Shown here: in pieces, positions 21,945 to 31,421 of the stretch | Numbering within the stretch: the first letter of the stretch is position 1 | Layout: the number at the start of each line of letters is the position of its first letter | NCBI GenBank assembly: GCA_963840445.1 | Contig: CAWIZC010000011.1 | Location: 82,841-146,840 of the forward strand | Source: an uncultured Alphaproteobacteria bacterium | Lineage (GTDB): Bacteria; Pseudomonadota; Alphaproteobacteria; Rhizobiales; Hyphomicrobiaceae | Reading direction: 5' to 3' | DNA length: 64,000 bases | Notes under the pieces: model-generated | What the model was told of the DNA's origin: nothing | The model's input: only the letters and a program-made list of their open reading frames with translations | Databases searched by the model: none | Translations under genes and position numbers: made by a program

Positions 21945-23159
21945 CTACTCGCTCGACAGGATGACGTTGCGCACGATCGGGTAGACCTGCTCCTCCCAGC
22001 GCCGGCCGCTGAACACGCCGTAGTGGCCGACGCCGGCCTGCATGTGGTGGCGCTTCATGTAGGGCTTGAGCTTGCTGCACAGGTCGTGCGCGGCCGACGT
22101 TTGCCCGAGCGCGCAGATGTCGTCGCGCTCGCCCTCCACGGTCAGAAGCGCGGTGCGGCGGATGGCGCTGGGGTCGACCTTGCGCCCACGGTGGGTGAGC
22201 TCGCCCTTGGCAAGGCGCATCTCCTGGAACACCCACTGCACCGTCTCGAGGTAGAACTCGGCGGTGAGGTCGAGCACGGCGAAGTACTCGTCGTAGAAGT
22301 CGATGGTCGGCTTGGCCTTCTCCGGGTTGCCATTGGCGAGGTGTTCGTACAGCTCGATGTGCGCCTTGCGATGCCGATCGAGGTTCATCGACATGAAGGC
22401 CGAGAGCTGCACAAAGCCCGGATATACCTGCCGACCTCCCCCCGCATAGCGGGCCGGCACGCGGGCGATCAGATTACGCTCGAACCAGTCGATCGGCTTG
22501 CTCATGGCAAGCTCGTTGACCTTGGTCGGGTTGACGCGCGTGTCGATGGGACCGGCCATCAGAGTCATGCTGCGCGGCTGGCAGGGGTTCTTGGCCTCGG
22601 CCATCACGGCAGCGGCCGTCAGCACCTGTACGCAGGGCTGGCAGACGGCGACCACGTGCACGCCGGGGCCCATTTTCTCGATGAACTTGATCAGATGCTC
22701 GACATAGTCCTCGTAGCCGAAGCGACCGGCGTCGATGCTCGCATCGCGGGCATTATGCCAATCGGTTATGCAGACATCGTGCTCGGGCAGCATCGTGCGC
22801 ACCAGACTGCGCAGCAGAGTGGCAAAATGACCGGATAGCGGCGCCACTACCAGCACCTGCGGCTGGGCGATCTCCACGTCCTTGCGAAAGCGCAGCAAGG
22901 TGCCGAAGGGCGTGGTCATCACCGCTTCCTCGGTGACGGCCACCTCCTGGTTGCCGACCCTGACCTTGTCGATGCCGTAGGCGGGCCGCGAATGCGTCAG
23001 CCCGGCGCGCGCGATCAACTCGTAGGCGGCGGTGACGTTGCGCAGGAATCTCAACTCCTGGGCCGCGGCCAACGGCCCCAGCGCGCTCAGACCCGCCTGC
23101 GCCATGGCACGCACGGGCACCATGATGTCGGCGTGGGTCTGATAGGCCAGATAGAGCAT
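21945..23159 (-). CDS. phaZ: intracellular poly(3-hydroxybutyrate) depolymerase
   Basis: 405 aa from MLYLAYQTHADIMVPVRAMAQ...; conserved PhaZ family blocks (…VVAVCQPCV…). Confidence 0.85.
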   Translation of the reverse strand: MLYLAYQTHADIMVPVRAMAQAGLSALGPLAAAQELRFLRNVTAAYELIARAGLTHSRPAYGIDKVRVGNQEVAVTEEAVMTTPFGTLLRFRKDVEIAQPQVLVVAPLSGHFATLLRSLVRTMLPEHDVCITDWHNARDASIDAGRFGYEDYVEHLIKFIEKMGPGVHVVAVCQPCVQVLTAAAVMAEAKNPCQPRSMTLMAGPIDTRVNPTKVNELAMSKPIDWFERNLIARVPARYAGGGRQVYPGFVQLSAFMSMNLDRHRKAHIELYEHLANGNPEKAKPTIDFYDEYFAVLDLTAEFYLETVQWVFQEMRLAKGELTHRGRKVDPSAIRRTALLTVEGERDDICALGQTSAAHDLCSKLKPYMKRHHMQAGVGHYGVFSGRRWEEQVYPIVRNVILSSE

Positions 23160-23288
23160 GAGTGAGGGGGTGCCCCGGGGATGTATCTGCTGGAACGAAT
23201 GTTGCACGGCGATTGAGCTCGCCGGTCCCGCGCCCTGCGATGCAACTTTCGAACCAAACTCCTTGAACCAGACTGGGGAAACGCCGCG

Positions 23289-23942
23289 ATGGCCAAGGCC
23301 ACCCTCTCGATCAGCAGTAAGAATTACTCGTCCTGGTGCCTGCGCGGCTATCTGCTGTGCCGGCTGGCCGAGCTGGAGTTCGACGAGGAGGTGGTGTCGC
23401 TGGACGACCCTGGCGCGCGGGCCGAGTTGCTGCTGCTGTCCCCGTCGTTCCTGGTGCCCTGCCTGACCGACGATGGGGTCAAGGTGTGGGACACGCTGGC
23501 GATTGCCGAGTACCTGGCCGAGGCCAAGCCCAACGCCGGATTGCTTCCCGCCGATCGCGCGGCGCGGGCGCATTGCCGGGCCATCTGCGGGGAGATGCAT
23601 TCGGGCTTCTACAATCTGCGCTCGGCGCTGCCCATGAACCTCAAGGCGCATCATCCGGGCTTCAAGGTGTGGGCCGGCGCGCAGGCCGACATCGACCGCG
23701 TCTTCGCCATCTGGCGCGATTGCCTCGCGAAGTATGGCGGCCCCTACCTGTTCGGCAAGCTGTCGATGGCCGACGCCATGTATGCCCCGGTGTGCACGCG
23801 CTTCCTCACCTACGACGTCAAGCTCGACGCGCGGTGCACGGCCTACAGCCGGGCGATCATGAGCTGGCCGGCCATGGAGGAATGGATCGCCGCGGCACGC
23901 GAGGAGCCAGCCGAGCTGGAAGAGCTCGACGTCGAGTTCTAG
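23289..23942 (+). CDS. glutathione S-transferase family protein
   Basis: 217 aa, thioredoxin-like N-domain with ...SSWCLRGYLL... and GST C-terminal helical domain. Confidence 0.7.
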   Translation: MAKATLSISSKNYSSWCLRGYLLCRLAELEFDEEVVSLDDPGARAELLLLSPSFLVPCLTDDGVKVWDTLAIAEYLAEAKPNAGLLPADRAARAHCRAICGEMHSGFYNLRSALPMNLKAHHPGFKVWAGAQADIDRVFAIWRDCLAKYGGPYLFGKLSMADAMYAPVCTRFLTYDVKLDARCTAYSRAIMSWPAMEEWIAAAREEPAELEELDVEF

Positions 23943-24028
23943 GACGCGATCACAACCTCGTGCTTGTCATCCCTGGCGGCGCGCAGCGACGACACGGGAC
24001 CCAGGACCGCAGGTGGCATGCTTCTCTG

Positions 24029-24070
24029 GGTCCCGGATACGCGCTCGCGCGCGTTCCGGGATGACAGTTG
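24029..24070. repeat. GTCCCGGA…TCCGGGATGAC palindromic intergenic repeat, copy
   Basis: GGTCCCGGATACGCGCTCGCGCGCGTTCCGGGATGACAGTTG. Confidence 0.65.
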
Positions 24071-24074
24071 GAGG

Positions 24075-24985
24075 TCAAGCCTGCCGGCGCACGACGAAGG
24101 CTGCTGCCTCGCGCAGGGCATCGGCGCGCGCGCCGAAGGGTTGCAGAGCGGCGAGGGCATCGGCCTCGAGCTTGGCGAGCTCCGCTTTCGCGGCGTCCAC
24201 GCCCATGAGTGATACCAGCGTGGCCTTGCGGGCGTCCTTGCCGGTCGCCTTGCCGACGGTGGCCGCCTCGCCTTCGACGTCGAGCAGATCATCGGCGATC
24301 TGGAAGGCGCGGCCGAGCCGCTCGCCGTACGACGTTGAGCGCGCGACGCTGCTGGCCATCGCCGCCGCCGAGGATGGCACCGGCCTCGCAGGCGTAGCGG
24401 ATGAGGGCGCCGGTCTTCATCGCCTGCAGGCGCCGCACGTCGGCCAGCGTCGGCCGCGCCGGCTGGTCGCAGCTTGTCGGCCTCCAGGTCGAGGCATTGA
24501 CCGCCGACCATGCCGGCGGCACCGGATGCGCGCGCGAGACCGAGGGCCAACTCGGCGCGCACGGCGGCATCGGCGTGGGTGTCCGGACTGGCCAGCAGCT
24601 CGAACGCGACGGTCAGCAAGGCGTCGCCGGCCAGGATGGCGGTCCATTCGTCGAAGGCCTTGTGCACGGTCGGCCGGCCGCGACGCAGATCGTCGTCGTC
24701 CATGGCCGGCAGGTCGTCATGCACGAGCGAATAGCAATGCACGCATTCCAGCGCCGCGGCGGCAGACAGGGCGGCGCTGGCCTGCACGCCGAACAGGGCG
24801 GCGCACTCGATCAGCAGGAACGGACGTACCCGCTTGCCCCCGCCAAGCGCGGCATGACGCATGGCGTCGAGCAACCGCGCGGGTGTGCCGGCCGCCGCCA
24901 TGCCGTCGAAAAGCTCTGCCAGACGCGTCTCGACGTAGGGCCGCCGTGTGCGCCAGCCGTTGGCTGAAGGGCATGTTTCCACCAT
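24075..24985 (-). pseudogene. ispA: (2E,6E)-farnesyl/geranyl diphosphate synthase ispA, two frameshifts (~24480 and ~24340)
   Basis: first DDxxD (SLVHDDLPAMDDDDLRRG) in frame of ORF 23939..24985; middle block (TLADVRRLQAMKTGALIRYACEAGAILGG) in ORF 24289..24570; second DDxxD (FQIADDLLD) in ORF 24075..24380. Confidence 0.8.
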
Positions 24986-25051
24986 ATCTATCGGCGGCGG
25001 TTCGCCGGTGCGGCATCGCGTGATAGTTGCACCGGTTGTTTAGCGGTTCCG

Positions 25052-26770
25052 GTGGCAGGCGTGAAAGACAAACTGAGCGGGGAAGAATGGGCGCCGGTGG
25101 TGGGCCGCCCCGGCAACGCCAATGCCGTCCACGGCGAGGCCGACCGCGTGGCCGAGCTGCAGCCTGGACAGCCCGTTGTTGACGAGGGGCTCCGGCAGGA
25201 GGAAGCGGCGGCGCCCATCTCCCCCGGCGAGTCGGCGGAGCGGATCGAAGACGTTGCCCATTCCGACCTCGCCTTGCCGACGCCGGGCCTTCCCGATGAG
25301 CCGAGCTTCAGCGGCGAACCGATCATCTCTGTCGCGGAAGCTCCCGATGGTGAGCCGGCGGCGGCCGACGCGTTGGCATGGCAGCCCGAGATCGAGCCCG
25401 ACCCCGATCAGTCATCCGATCTCATCGTCACCGACCATTCTGTCCCGACCCAGCCCATGCAGGTCGAGGCTGCGACCGCGCCGCTGGTGCGCGCACCAGA
25501 GGTCGACCCGGCGCACGACGGTGCGCCCTTTGCGCATGATCTTGACGAGCGGCCTGCGCCCGACGCGCCGCTGGCTCCCCCGGACGAACCGCTCCCGGAA
25601 CCAACTACCGCCGAGGAGGTCGCCGCAGAAGCGGCCCTGGAGGACGAGCCTCCGGCCGAGCTGGTTAGCTCTGAGCCTACATCGATGGAGGCCGAGCCTC
25701 TGGTGTTGGAGGAGGAGCCGGCCGCGCAGGCCGAGGCCTTGCCCGACGCGGAGTTTCCGGCCGATGCCGCCATCGTCGAGCACACGCCGGCCGAGCTGCC
25801 GACGGTGGAGGAGCCGCCCGCGCAAAAGTCCACTGAGCCCGCGGCAGAGCTGCCGCTGCGCGACCGCATCCCTTCCGTGCGTCCGGTTGAGCTGGAGGCG
25901 ATCAAGACGCCGCTCTCCGTGCCGGTGTTCGAAGAGACCGCTCGCGCGCTGGAGGCCCGGCGGCCGAATCTTGAGGATGTTTCGCACAGCGCCGAACCCG
26001 CCCTCGCCGCGCCGCTCAGCTCGCACGTCGCGATCCCACGGAGTACGGACGATGTGGCGCCCGCCCGAACTCCCGTGCCGGACATCACCCCGCTGCTGTA
26101 TCGGGCGCTGCGGCTGGCCGCCATCGCAGCGTTTGCACTGGGCTGTCTGGTGCTGGTGCTGATCGTGCTCTATCGCTGGGTCAACCCGCCCGCTTCCACG
26201 CTGATGCTCGGACAGTGGCTGACCGGCACCCGCATCGACCAGCGCTGGGTATCGATCGACCGGATCTCGCCCTATCTGCAGCGTGCCGTCATCACCTCGG
26301 AGGACGGGCGTTTCTGCCGGCATCACGGCGTCGACTGGGACGAGATCGAAGAGGCGCTCGAACGTGCACGCGACGGCGTCGCGCGCGGCGGCAGCACCAT
26401 ATCGATGCAGGTGGTCAAGAACCTGTTCCTGTGGCCCTCCAAGAGCTATGTGCGCAAGGCGTTGGAGATCCCCCTCACCTATGCCATCGAGCTGGCCTGG
26501 TCGAAACGGCGCATTCTCGAAATCTATCTGAACATTGCCGAGTGGGGGCCGGGTGTGTTCGGGGCCGAAGCGGCCGCCCGCTATCACTTCGGCAAGCCGG
26601 CCGCCTCGCTGACGCCAAGCCAGGCTGCCCTGCTGGCGGTGGCCTTGCCTAACCCGCGGGAACGCAGAGCCGGAGCGCCGGGACCCGGAACCTTGCGCCT
26701 GGCCACCACGCTGCACGCGCGCATGATGGCCGGCGCCGGCAATACGTCCTGCGTTCAAGCCCGGCGCTAG
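25052..26770 (+). CDS. mtgA: monofunctional biosynthetic peptidoglycan transglycosylase with ~330-aa acidic Pro/Glu/Ala-rich N-terminal extension (true start uncertain)
   Basis: C-terminal 230 aa = TM helix + GT51 domain (…ITSEDGRFCRHHGVDW…GGSTISMQVVKNLFL…EIYLNIAEWGPGVFG); upstream in-frame ORF opens at GTG 25052. Confidence 0.8.
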   Translation: MAGVKDKLSGEEWAPVVGRPGNANAVHGEADRVAELQPGQPVVDEGLRQEEAAAPISPGESAERIEDVAHSDLALPTPGLPDEPSFSGEPIISVAEAPDGEPAAADALAWQPEIEPDPDQSSDLIVTDHSVPTQPMQVEAATAPLVRAPEVDPAHDGAPFAHDLDERPAPDAPLAPPDEPLPEPTTAEEVAAEAALEDEPPAELVSSEPTSMEAEPLVLEEEPAAQAEALPDAEFPADAAIVEHTPAELPTVEEPPAQKSTEPAAELPLRDRIPSVRPVELEAIKTPLSVPVFEETARALEARRPNLEDVSHSAEPALAAPLSSHVAIPRSTDDVAPARTPVPDITPLLYRALRLAAIAAFALGCLVLVLIVLYRWVNPPASTLMLGQWLTGTRIDQRWVSIDRISPYLQRAVITSEDGRFCRHHGVDWDEIEEALERARDGVARGGSTISMQVVKNLFLWPSKSYVRKALEIPLTYAIELAWSKRRILEIYLNIAEWGPGVFGAEAAARYHFGKPAASLTPSQAALLAVALPNPRERRAGAPGPGTLRLATTLHARMMAGAGNTSCVQARR

Positions 26771-26944
26771 CCCCTTGGCGTGCAAGTCGCTGGCCCAAGT
26801 CCCTGGGCCAAGTCGCTGGCCATGTGCCAGAAATGCCGCTATAAGCCCGCCACCTTTAGGCCCGCAGGTGCGGGCGACGGGCCGCCCTGCATTGCGCCGC
26901 AATCGGTTGGCAGCCTGATTTTCCTGGATTAAAGCGAGGGTGCG

Positions 26945-27130
26945 ATGGCGGTCCCGAGGAAGAAAGTATCGCGTATGAAGCGCGGAACCCGCCGCTCGGC
27001 GGATGCGCTGCGGGCGCCGACCTACGTCGAAGACAAGGAGTCCGGCGAGCGGCGGCGGCCTCATCACATCGATCTCAAGACGGGCAAATACCGCGGCCGG
27101 CAGGTTCTGGCAGGCAAGGCCGAGGCCTGA
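26945..27130 (+). CDS. rpmF: 50S ribosomal protein L32
   Basis: [55 protein letters not shown]. Confidence 0.95.
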   Translation: MAVPRKKVSRMKRGTRRSADALRAPTYVEDKESGERRRPHHIDLKTGKYRGRQVLAGKAEA

Positions 27131-27246
27131 TCCGCCCTCGGGTGTGGCCCGCCGCCGCTGGTTTGCCGCCCGGCCGACGTGCTAGAAACACGGGCTTGAT
27201 AGACGCGCGGTACCCGATCGATCGCTACCGCATTGGAGGTTGAACG

Positions 27247-27660
27247 ATGTCGCTCCGGGCGCTGCCGTTGATGGCCATTCCGCTCATTGTCTACAATCTT
27301 CTGGTGATGTTCAGCGGCGGAGAGGCGACGCAGTTTTTTGCCGCGCCTCTGCTCAAGGTGCCGATGATCAAGGGCGCGGAGTGGGTCTTCACGCGCGGTG
27401 ACCTGATCATCCTCATTACCATGCTGTTCCTGTTCGCCGAGCTGGTCAAGGCCACCTACACGAGCTCGGTGTCGCTGATCGACCACGGCCTGTCGATGGT
27501 GGTGTTCATCGTCTGCATCGTCGAGTTTCTGGTCGTCAACGCGGCGGCCACCTCCACCTTCTTCTTCATCCTGGTCGGATCCCTGATCGACGTGGTGGCC
27601 GGCTTCACGATCGGCATCCGCGTGGCTCGCCGCGACCTCGCCATCGGCGGCGTCGACTAG
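27247..27660 (+). CDS. hypothetical integral membrane protein
   Basis: 137 aa, four hydrophobic helices. Confidence 0.55.
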   Translation: MSLRALPLMAIPLIVYNLLVMFSGGEATQFFAAPLLKVPMIKGAEWVFTRGDLIILITMLFLFAELVKATYTSSVSLIDHGLSMVVFIVCIVEFLVVNAAATSTFFFILVGSLIDVVAGFTIGIRVARRDLAIGGVD

Positions 27661-27746
27661 AACCGCCTCCAGCAATACCGCATATCGCCAAGGGAGGCGG
27701 CCAACGCCGCCCCCCGTGCTGAGCTAGCCTAAGCACGGCGTTTGTA

Positions 27747-27791
27747 GACCCACCCATCCGGCCCTTCGACATGCTCAGGACGGGGTGGGTC
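27747..27791. terminator. stem-loop (GACCCACCC…GGGTGGGTC) between convergent genes, likely bidirectional terminator
   Basis: 9-bp perfect stem between stop of 27247..27660 (+) and stop of phaR (-). Confidence 0.4.
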
Positions 27792-27841
27792 ACAGCCCTA
27801 CCTTGGTAGTCCAGCGATTGTGGAGTGGAAGAGGCCCGACC

Positions 27842-28516
27842 CTAGCCGCGGTCGCGCGAGAGCTTCTCGAGCTGCGCCTGCATGTTGGCAAGCTGGGCCT
27901 TGAGATCGGCGATGTCGTCGCTGCCCTTGTGCGCGCCCGCCGCTGACGGCTCGGCCTTGGCCTTCGGCTCCTCGCCCACCTTGGCGTTCGCGCCCGGGAC
28001 ACCGAACTTGGCAGCGTGGGTGAAGGGGCTGAACATGGCCATCGCCTGCTCGAACATGGCGAGATTCTTGCGCGCCTGCTCCTGGTACACCTCGAACGCT
28101 CCGGCCGGCGTGAAGGCGCCCGTGAACTGCTTGCGGAAGCGGTCCTGCTCCTTGGCCAGCGTCTCGAGGCTGACCTGCAGGTAGCTCGGCACCATGCGCT
28201 CGACACTGTCGCCGTAGAAGCGGATCAGCTGGCGCAGAAAGGGGATGGGCAGCAGGGTCTGCCCGCCGGTGCGGTTTTCCTGCTCGACGATGATCTGGGT
28301 CAGCACTGCGTGGGTGAGATCGTCGCCGGTCTTGGCGTCGAACACCACGAAATCCCGGCCGGACTTCACCATCGCCGCCAGATCATCCAGTGTTACGTAA
28401 GTGCTTGTCTCAGTGTTGTACAGCCGCCGATTGGCGTACTTCTTGATGACCACCGGCTCTTTTTTGTCGGCAGCCGGGTCGATTTTGTCGGCGGGCGTGT
28501 CCATCTTATTGAGCAT
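27842..28516 (-). CDS. phaR: polyhydroxyalkanoate synthesis repressor PhaR
   Basis: ...PVVIKKYANRRLYNTETSTYVTLDDLAAMVKSGRDFVVFDAKTGDDLT... diagnostic PhaR N-terminal block. Confidence 0.9.
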   Translation of the reverse strand: MLNKMDTPADKIDPAADKKEPVVIKKYANRRLYNTETSTYVTLDDLAAMVKSGRDFVVFDAKTGDDLTHAVLTQIIVEQENRTGGQTLLPIPFLRQLIRFYGDSVERMVPSYLQVSLETLAKEQDRFRKQFTGAFTPAGAFEVYQEQARKNLAMFEQAMAMFSPFTHAAKFGVPGANAKVGEEPKAKAEPSAAGAHKGSDDIADLKAQLANMQAQLEKLSRDRG

Positions 28517-28702
28517 GAGCGTCGATCAGCCGCTGCCTCCACTGCACCAAAGAGTAGCATGCGGACTTAGATTAACACCAGACGTTTGTTGCGTTGCGAT
28601 TGCCGGCGTGATCACGCCCCTGCTATCTTACAGATTAGTTAAGATCGGCCGCACCCAGGCGCAGCACCTGACGCCGCTCTCACCCAACGCTGGAGCACAA
28701 GA

Positions 28703-29890
28703 ATGAGCAAGGATCAAAGCACGATCGTCATTGCCAGCGCGGCGCGCACACCCGTGGGCGCGTTCAACGGCGCGCTGGCCAGCCTGCCGGCGCACGATCT
28801 CGGCAAGGTCGCCATCAAGGCCGCGCTGGAGCGGGCCCACGTCGAGCCGGGCGACGTCTCGGAAGTCATCATGGGCCAGATCCTGTCCGCTGGCCAAGGC
28901 CAGAACCCTGCTCGTCAGGCCTCCATCAACGCCGGCATTCCGGTCGACGCACCAGCCTGGGGCATGAACCAGCTGTGCGGCTCGGGGCTCAGGGCCGTCG
29001 CGCTCGGCGCCCAGCAGATTCAGGACGGCTCCTCCAAGATCGTGGTGGCCGGCGGCCAGGAGAGCATGAGCATGGCCCCGCACTGTTCCCACCTGCGCGA
29101 GGGTACCAAGATGGGCGACACCAAGTTCATCGACACCATGATCAAGGACGGCCTGTGGGATGCCTTCAACGGCTATCACATGGGCAACACGGCCGAGAAC
29201 GTCGCTCGCCAGTGGCAGATCACGCGCGAGGAGCAGGATCGCTTCGCGGTCGCCTCCCAGAACAAGGCAGAAGCCGCCAAGAAGGCCGGCAAGTTCAAGG
29301 ACGAGATCGTCCCGGTGGTCATCAAGACGCGCAAGGGCGAGACCGTGTTCGCCGAGGACGAGTACATCAAGGACGGCGTCACCTATGACGCCATCACCAA
29401 GCTCAGGCCGGCCTTCGACAAGGAAGGCACTGTGACGGCGGCCAACGCCAGCGGCATCAACGACGGTGCCGCCGCGGTGGTCCTGATGACGCTGGAGGAG
29501 GCCAAGAAGCGGGACATCAAGCCGCTGGCGCGCATCGTCTCCTGGGCGCATGCCGGCGTCGATCCTTCGATCATGGGCACGGGGCCCATTCCGGCTTCCA
29601 AGAAGGCGCTGGAGAAGGCCGGCTGGACCGTGAAGGACTTGGACCTGATCGAGGCCAACGAGGCGTTCGCCGCTCAGGCCTGCGCAGTCAACAAGGGCCT
29701 CGGCTGGGACACCGAGAAGGTCAACGTCAACGGCGGTGCCATCGCCATCGGCCACCCGATCGGCGCTTCTGGAGCGCGCGTGCTCACCACCCTGCTCTAC
29801 GAGATGAAGCGCCGCGACGCCAAGAAGGGCCTCGCCACGCTGTGCATCGGCGGCGGCATGGGCGTGGCCATGTGCGTTGAGCGCGATTAA
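28703..29890 (+). CDS. phaA: acetyl-CoA C-acetyltransferase (beta-ketothiolase)
   Basis: [23 protein letters not shown]...[11 protein letters not shown]...[12 protein letters not shown]...[13 protein letters not shown] thiolase signatures. Confidence 0.95.
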   Translation: MSKDQSTIVIASAARTPVGAFNGALASLPAHDLGKVAIKAALERAHVEPGDVSEVIMGQILSAGQGQNPARQASINAGIPVDAPAWGMNQLCGSGLRAVALGAQQIQDGSSKIVVAGGQESMSMAPHCSHLREGTKMGDTKFIDTMIKDGLWDAFNGYHMGNTAENVARQWQITREEQDRFAVASQNKAEAAKKAGKFKDEIVPVVIKTRKGETVFAEDEYIKDGVTYDAITKLRPAFDKEGTVTAANASGINDGAAAVVLMTLEEAKKRDIKPLARIVSWAHAGVDPSIMGTGPIPASKKALEKAGWTVKDLDLIEANEAFAAQACAVNKGLGWDTEKVNVNGGAIAIGHPIGASGARVLTTLLYEMKRRDAKKGLATLCIGGGMGVAMCVERD

Positions 29891-29998
29891 CCGTCTTTTC
29901 GAGCGTTCGGCTTATCATGTCCCCGGCCGGCTATCGCCCGGCCGGGGATTTATTTTACCTTAACGCGCAAACACAACCGCAGGGGGAGGAAAAGCCAA

Positions 29999-30727
29999 AT
30001 GGCTCGAGTTGCAGTCGTTACCGGAGGTACGCGCGGGATCGGACACGCGATTTCCACCGCCCTTAGGTACAAGGGCTTGCGCGTGGCGGCCAACTACGCC
30101 GGCAACGATACCGCGGCTCGGCAGTTTCAGGCCGACACCGGCATCCCCGTCTACAGGTGGGACGTCGGCGACTACGCCGCCTGCCAGGAGGGCGTCGCCC
30201 GCATCACCCGCGACCTCGGCCCCATCGACGTGCTGGTCAACAACGCCGGCATCACGCGCGATGCCATGCTGCATCGCATGACCAAGGACAACTGGGACGC
30301 GGTGATCCGCACCGACCTCGACTCGGTGTTCAACATGACCCGGCTGGTCATCGACGGCATGCGCTCGCGCAGCTTCGGGCGCATCATCAACATCTCCTCG
30401 ATCAACGGCCGCAAGGGACAGATGGGCCAGGCCAACTACTCGGCCGCCAAGGCCGGCATGATCGGCTTCTCCAAGGCGGTGGCGCAGGAAGGTGCCTCGC
30501 GCAACATCACCGTCAACGTGATCGCGCCCGGCTACATCAACACCGAGATGGTACAGGCGGTGCCGAAAGAGGTGCTCGACACCAAGATCATCCCGCTGAT
30601 CCCGGTCGGCCGGCTCGGTACGGCAGAGGAGATCGCGCGCTGCGTGACGTTCCTTGCCGCCGACGAGGCGGGCTTCATCACCGGCTCCTGCATCGATGCC
30701 AACGGCGGGCAGTACATTCCCTCGTGA
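29999..30727 (+). CDS. phaB: acetoacetyl-CoA reductase (SDR)
   Basis: MARVAVVTGGTRGIGHAIS...NNAGITRD...YSAAKAG SDR motifs; immediately downstream of phaA. Confidence 0.9.
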   Translation: MARVAVVTGGTRGIGHAISTALRYKGLRVAANYAGNDTAARQFQADTGIPVYRWDVGDYAACQEGVARITRDLGPIDVLVNNAGITRDAMLHRMTKDNWDAVIRTDLDSVFNMTRLVIDGMRSRSFGRIINISSINGRKGQMGQANYSAAKAGMIGFSKAVAQEGASRNITVNVIAPGYINTEMVQAVPKEVLDTKIIPLIPVGRLGTAEEIARCVTFLAADEAGFITGSCIDANGGQYIPS

Positions 30728-30734
30728 CAATGCA

Positions 30735-30783
30735 AGCCGCGCGATCCTCCGGATCAAGAGGAATGCGCGGCTCGCTTTAATTC
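30735..30783 (+). terminator. rho-independent terminator after phaB
   Basis: AGCCGCGC…GCGCGGCT stem with inner GATCC…GGATC palindrome followed by CGCTTTAATT. Confidence 0.55.
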
Positions 30784-30919
30784 CGCCGAATTTGCTGCCT
30801 ATCAGCCGCGTCGCTGTTGGACGCCTCGTGTCCGGGCTCGCCGAGTCCCGGCTGGCGCGCACCGCCTTGCGGCTCGTGTGTTCCGCGTTCGATTGCTCCC
30901 GGGGCCGGGAACGGCTCCA

Positions 30920-30991
30920 CCACGACTAGCTCATTGGTAGAGCATCAGACCTTGGATCTGACTGTAATGGGTTCGAATCCCATGTCGACCG
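30920..30991 (+). tRNA. tRNA-like sequence / probable tRNA pseudogene or 3'-fragment (canonical D-arm and T-arm, acceptor positions 1-3 unpaired, C at position 33)
   Basis: TAGCTCATTGGTAGAGCA D-arm; ATGGGTTCGAATCCCAT T-arm; anticodon arm TCAGA-CCTTGGA-TCTGA; 5' strand CCACGAC vs 3' strand GTCGACC pairs only at 4-7. Confidence 0.4.
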
Positions 30992-31283
30992 CTCGTCGAG
31001 AGCACTCGCCTGTTAAGCGAGCTTCACATTCGGGAAGCCGGCTGCTTCCCGGCTCATCCAGCTGACATCGAGGCTCCGGCCGCGATGCGGCCGGTGAGCA
31101 AACGCCGAGGCGCTCTGCGCCAGCGCGGATACCGTTTCGGGCTCGAGGTCCGACGGTTCGGCACCGGCGCGTCCGTTCCTGCGGGAACGACGCGGACGCA
31201 GCCGAGCCCGATGGCCTGGATCCCGGGACTGAAGCGCTGGTCCGTGGCCTCGACGTGGGGAGTGGCCGGCAACCTGCTGAGAT

Positions 31284-31390
31284 TCCCTCTCCGCACTCTT
31301 CCGTGGGGAGAGGGTTAGGGCGAGGGGCAGACACAGGCACTGACCTGGAGTTTGTCACTGCCCCTCACCCCGTAAGAACGGGGAGAGGGG
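31284..31390. repeat. REP-like composite palindromic element (motifs GGGGAGAGGG / GGTGAGGGGCA and their complements), copy 1
   Basis: CCCTCTCC…GGGGAGAGGG…GAGGGGCAG-loop-CTGCCCCTCACCCC…GGGGAGAGGGG; related copy at 35412..35555. Confidence 0.7.
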
Positions 31391-31421
31391 AATTGCAGAA
31401 GAAGAGATTGGAGATTGTGTC

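Noticed and set aside
25412-27067. 551-aa ORF antisense to mtgA and rpmF
   Set aside because: Gly/Arg-rich artefact; overlaps two well-supported genes including ribosomal protein L32.
30911-30920. CTCCACCA immediately upstream of the tRNA-like element, resembling a tRNA 3' CCA end
   Set aside because: No supporting T-arm or acceptor pairing upstream; likely coincidental.
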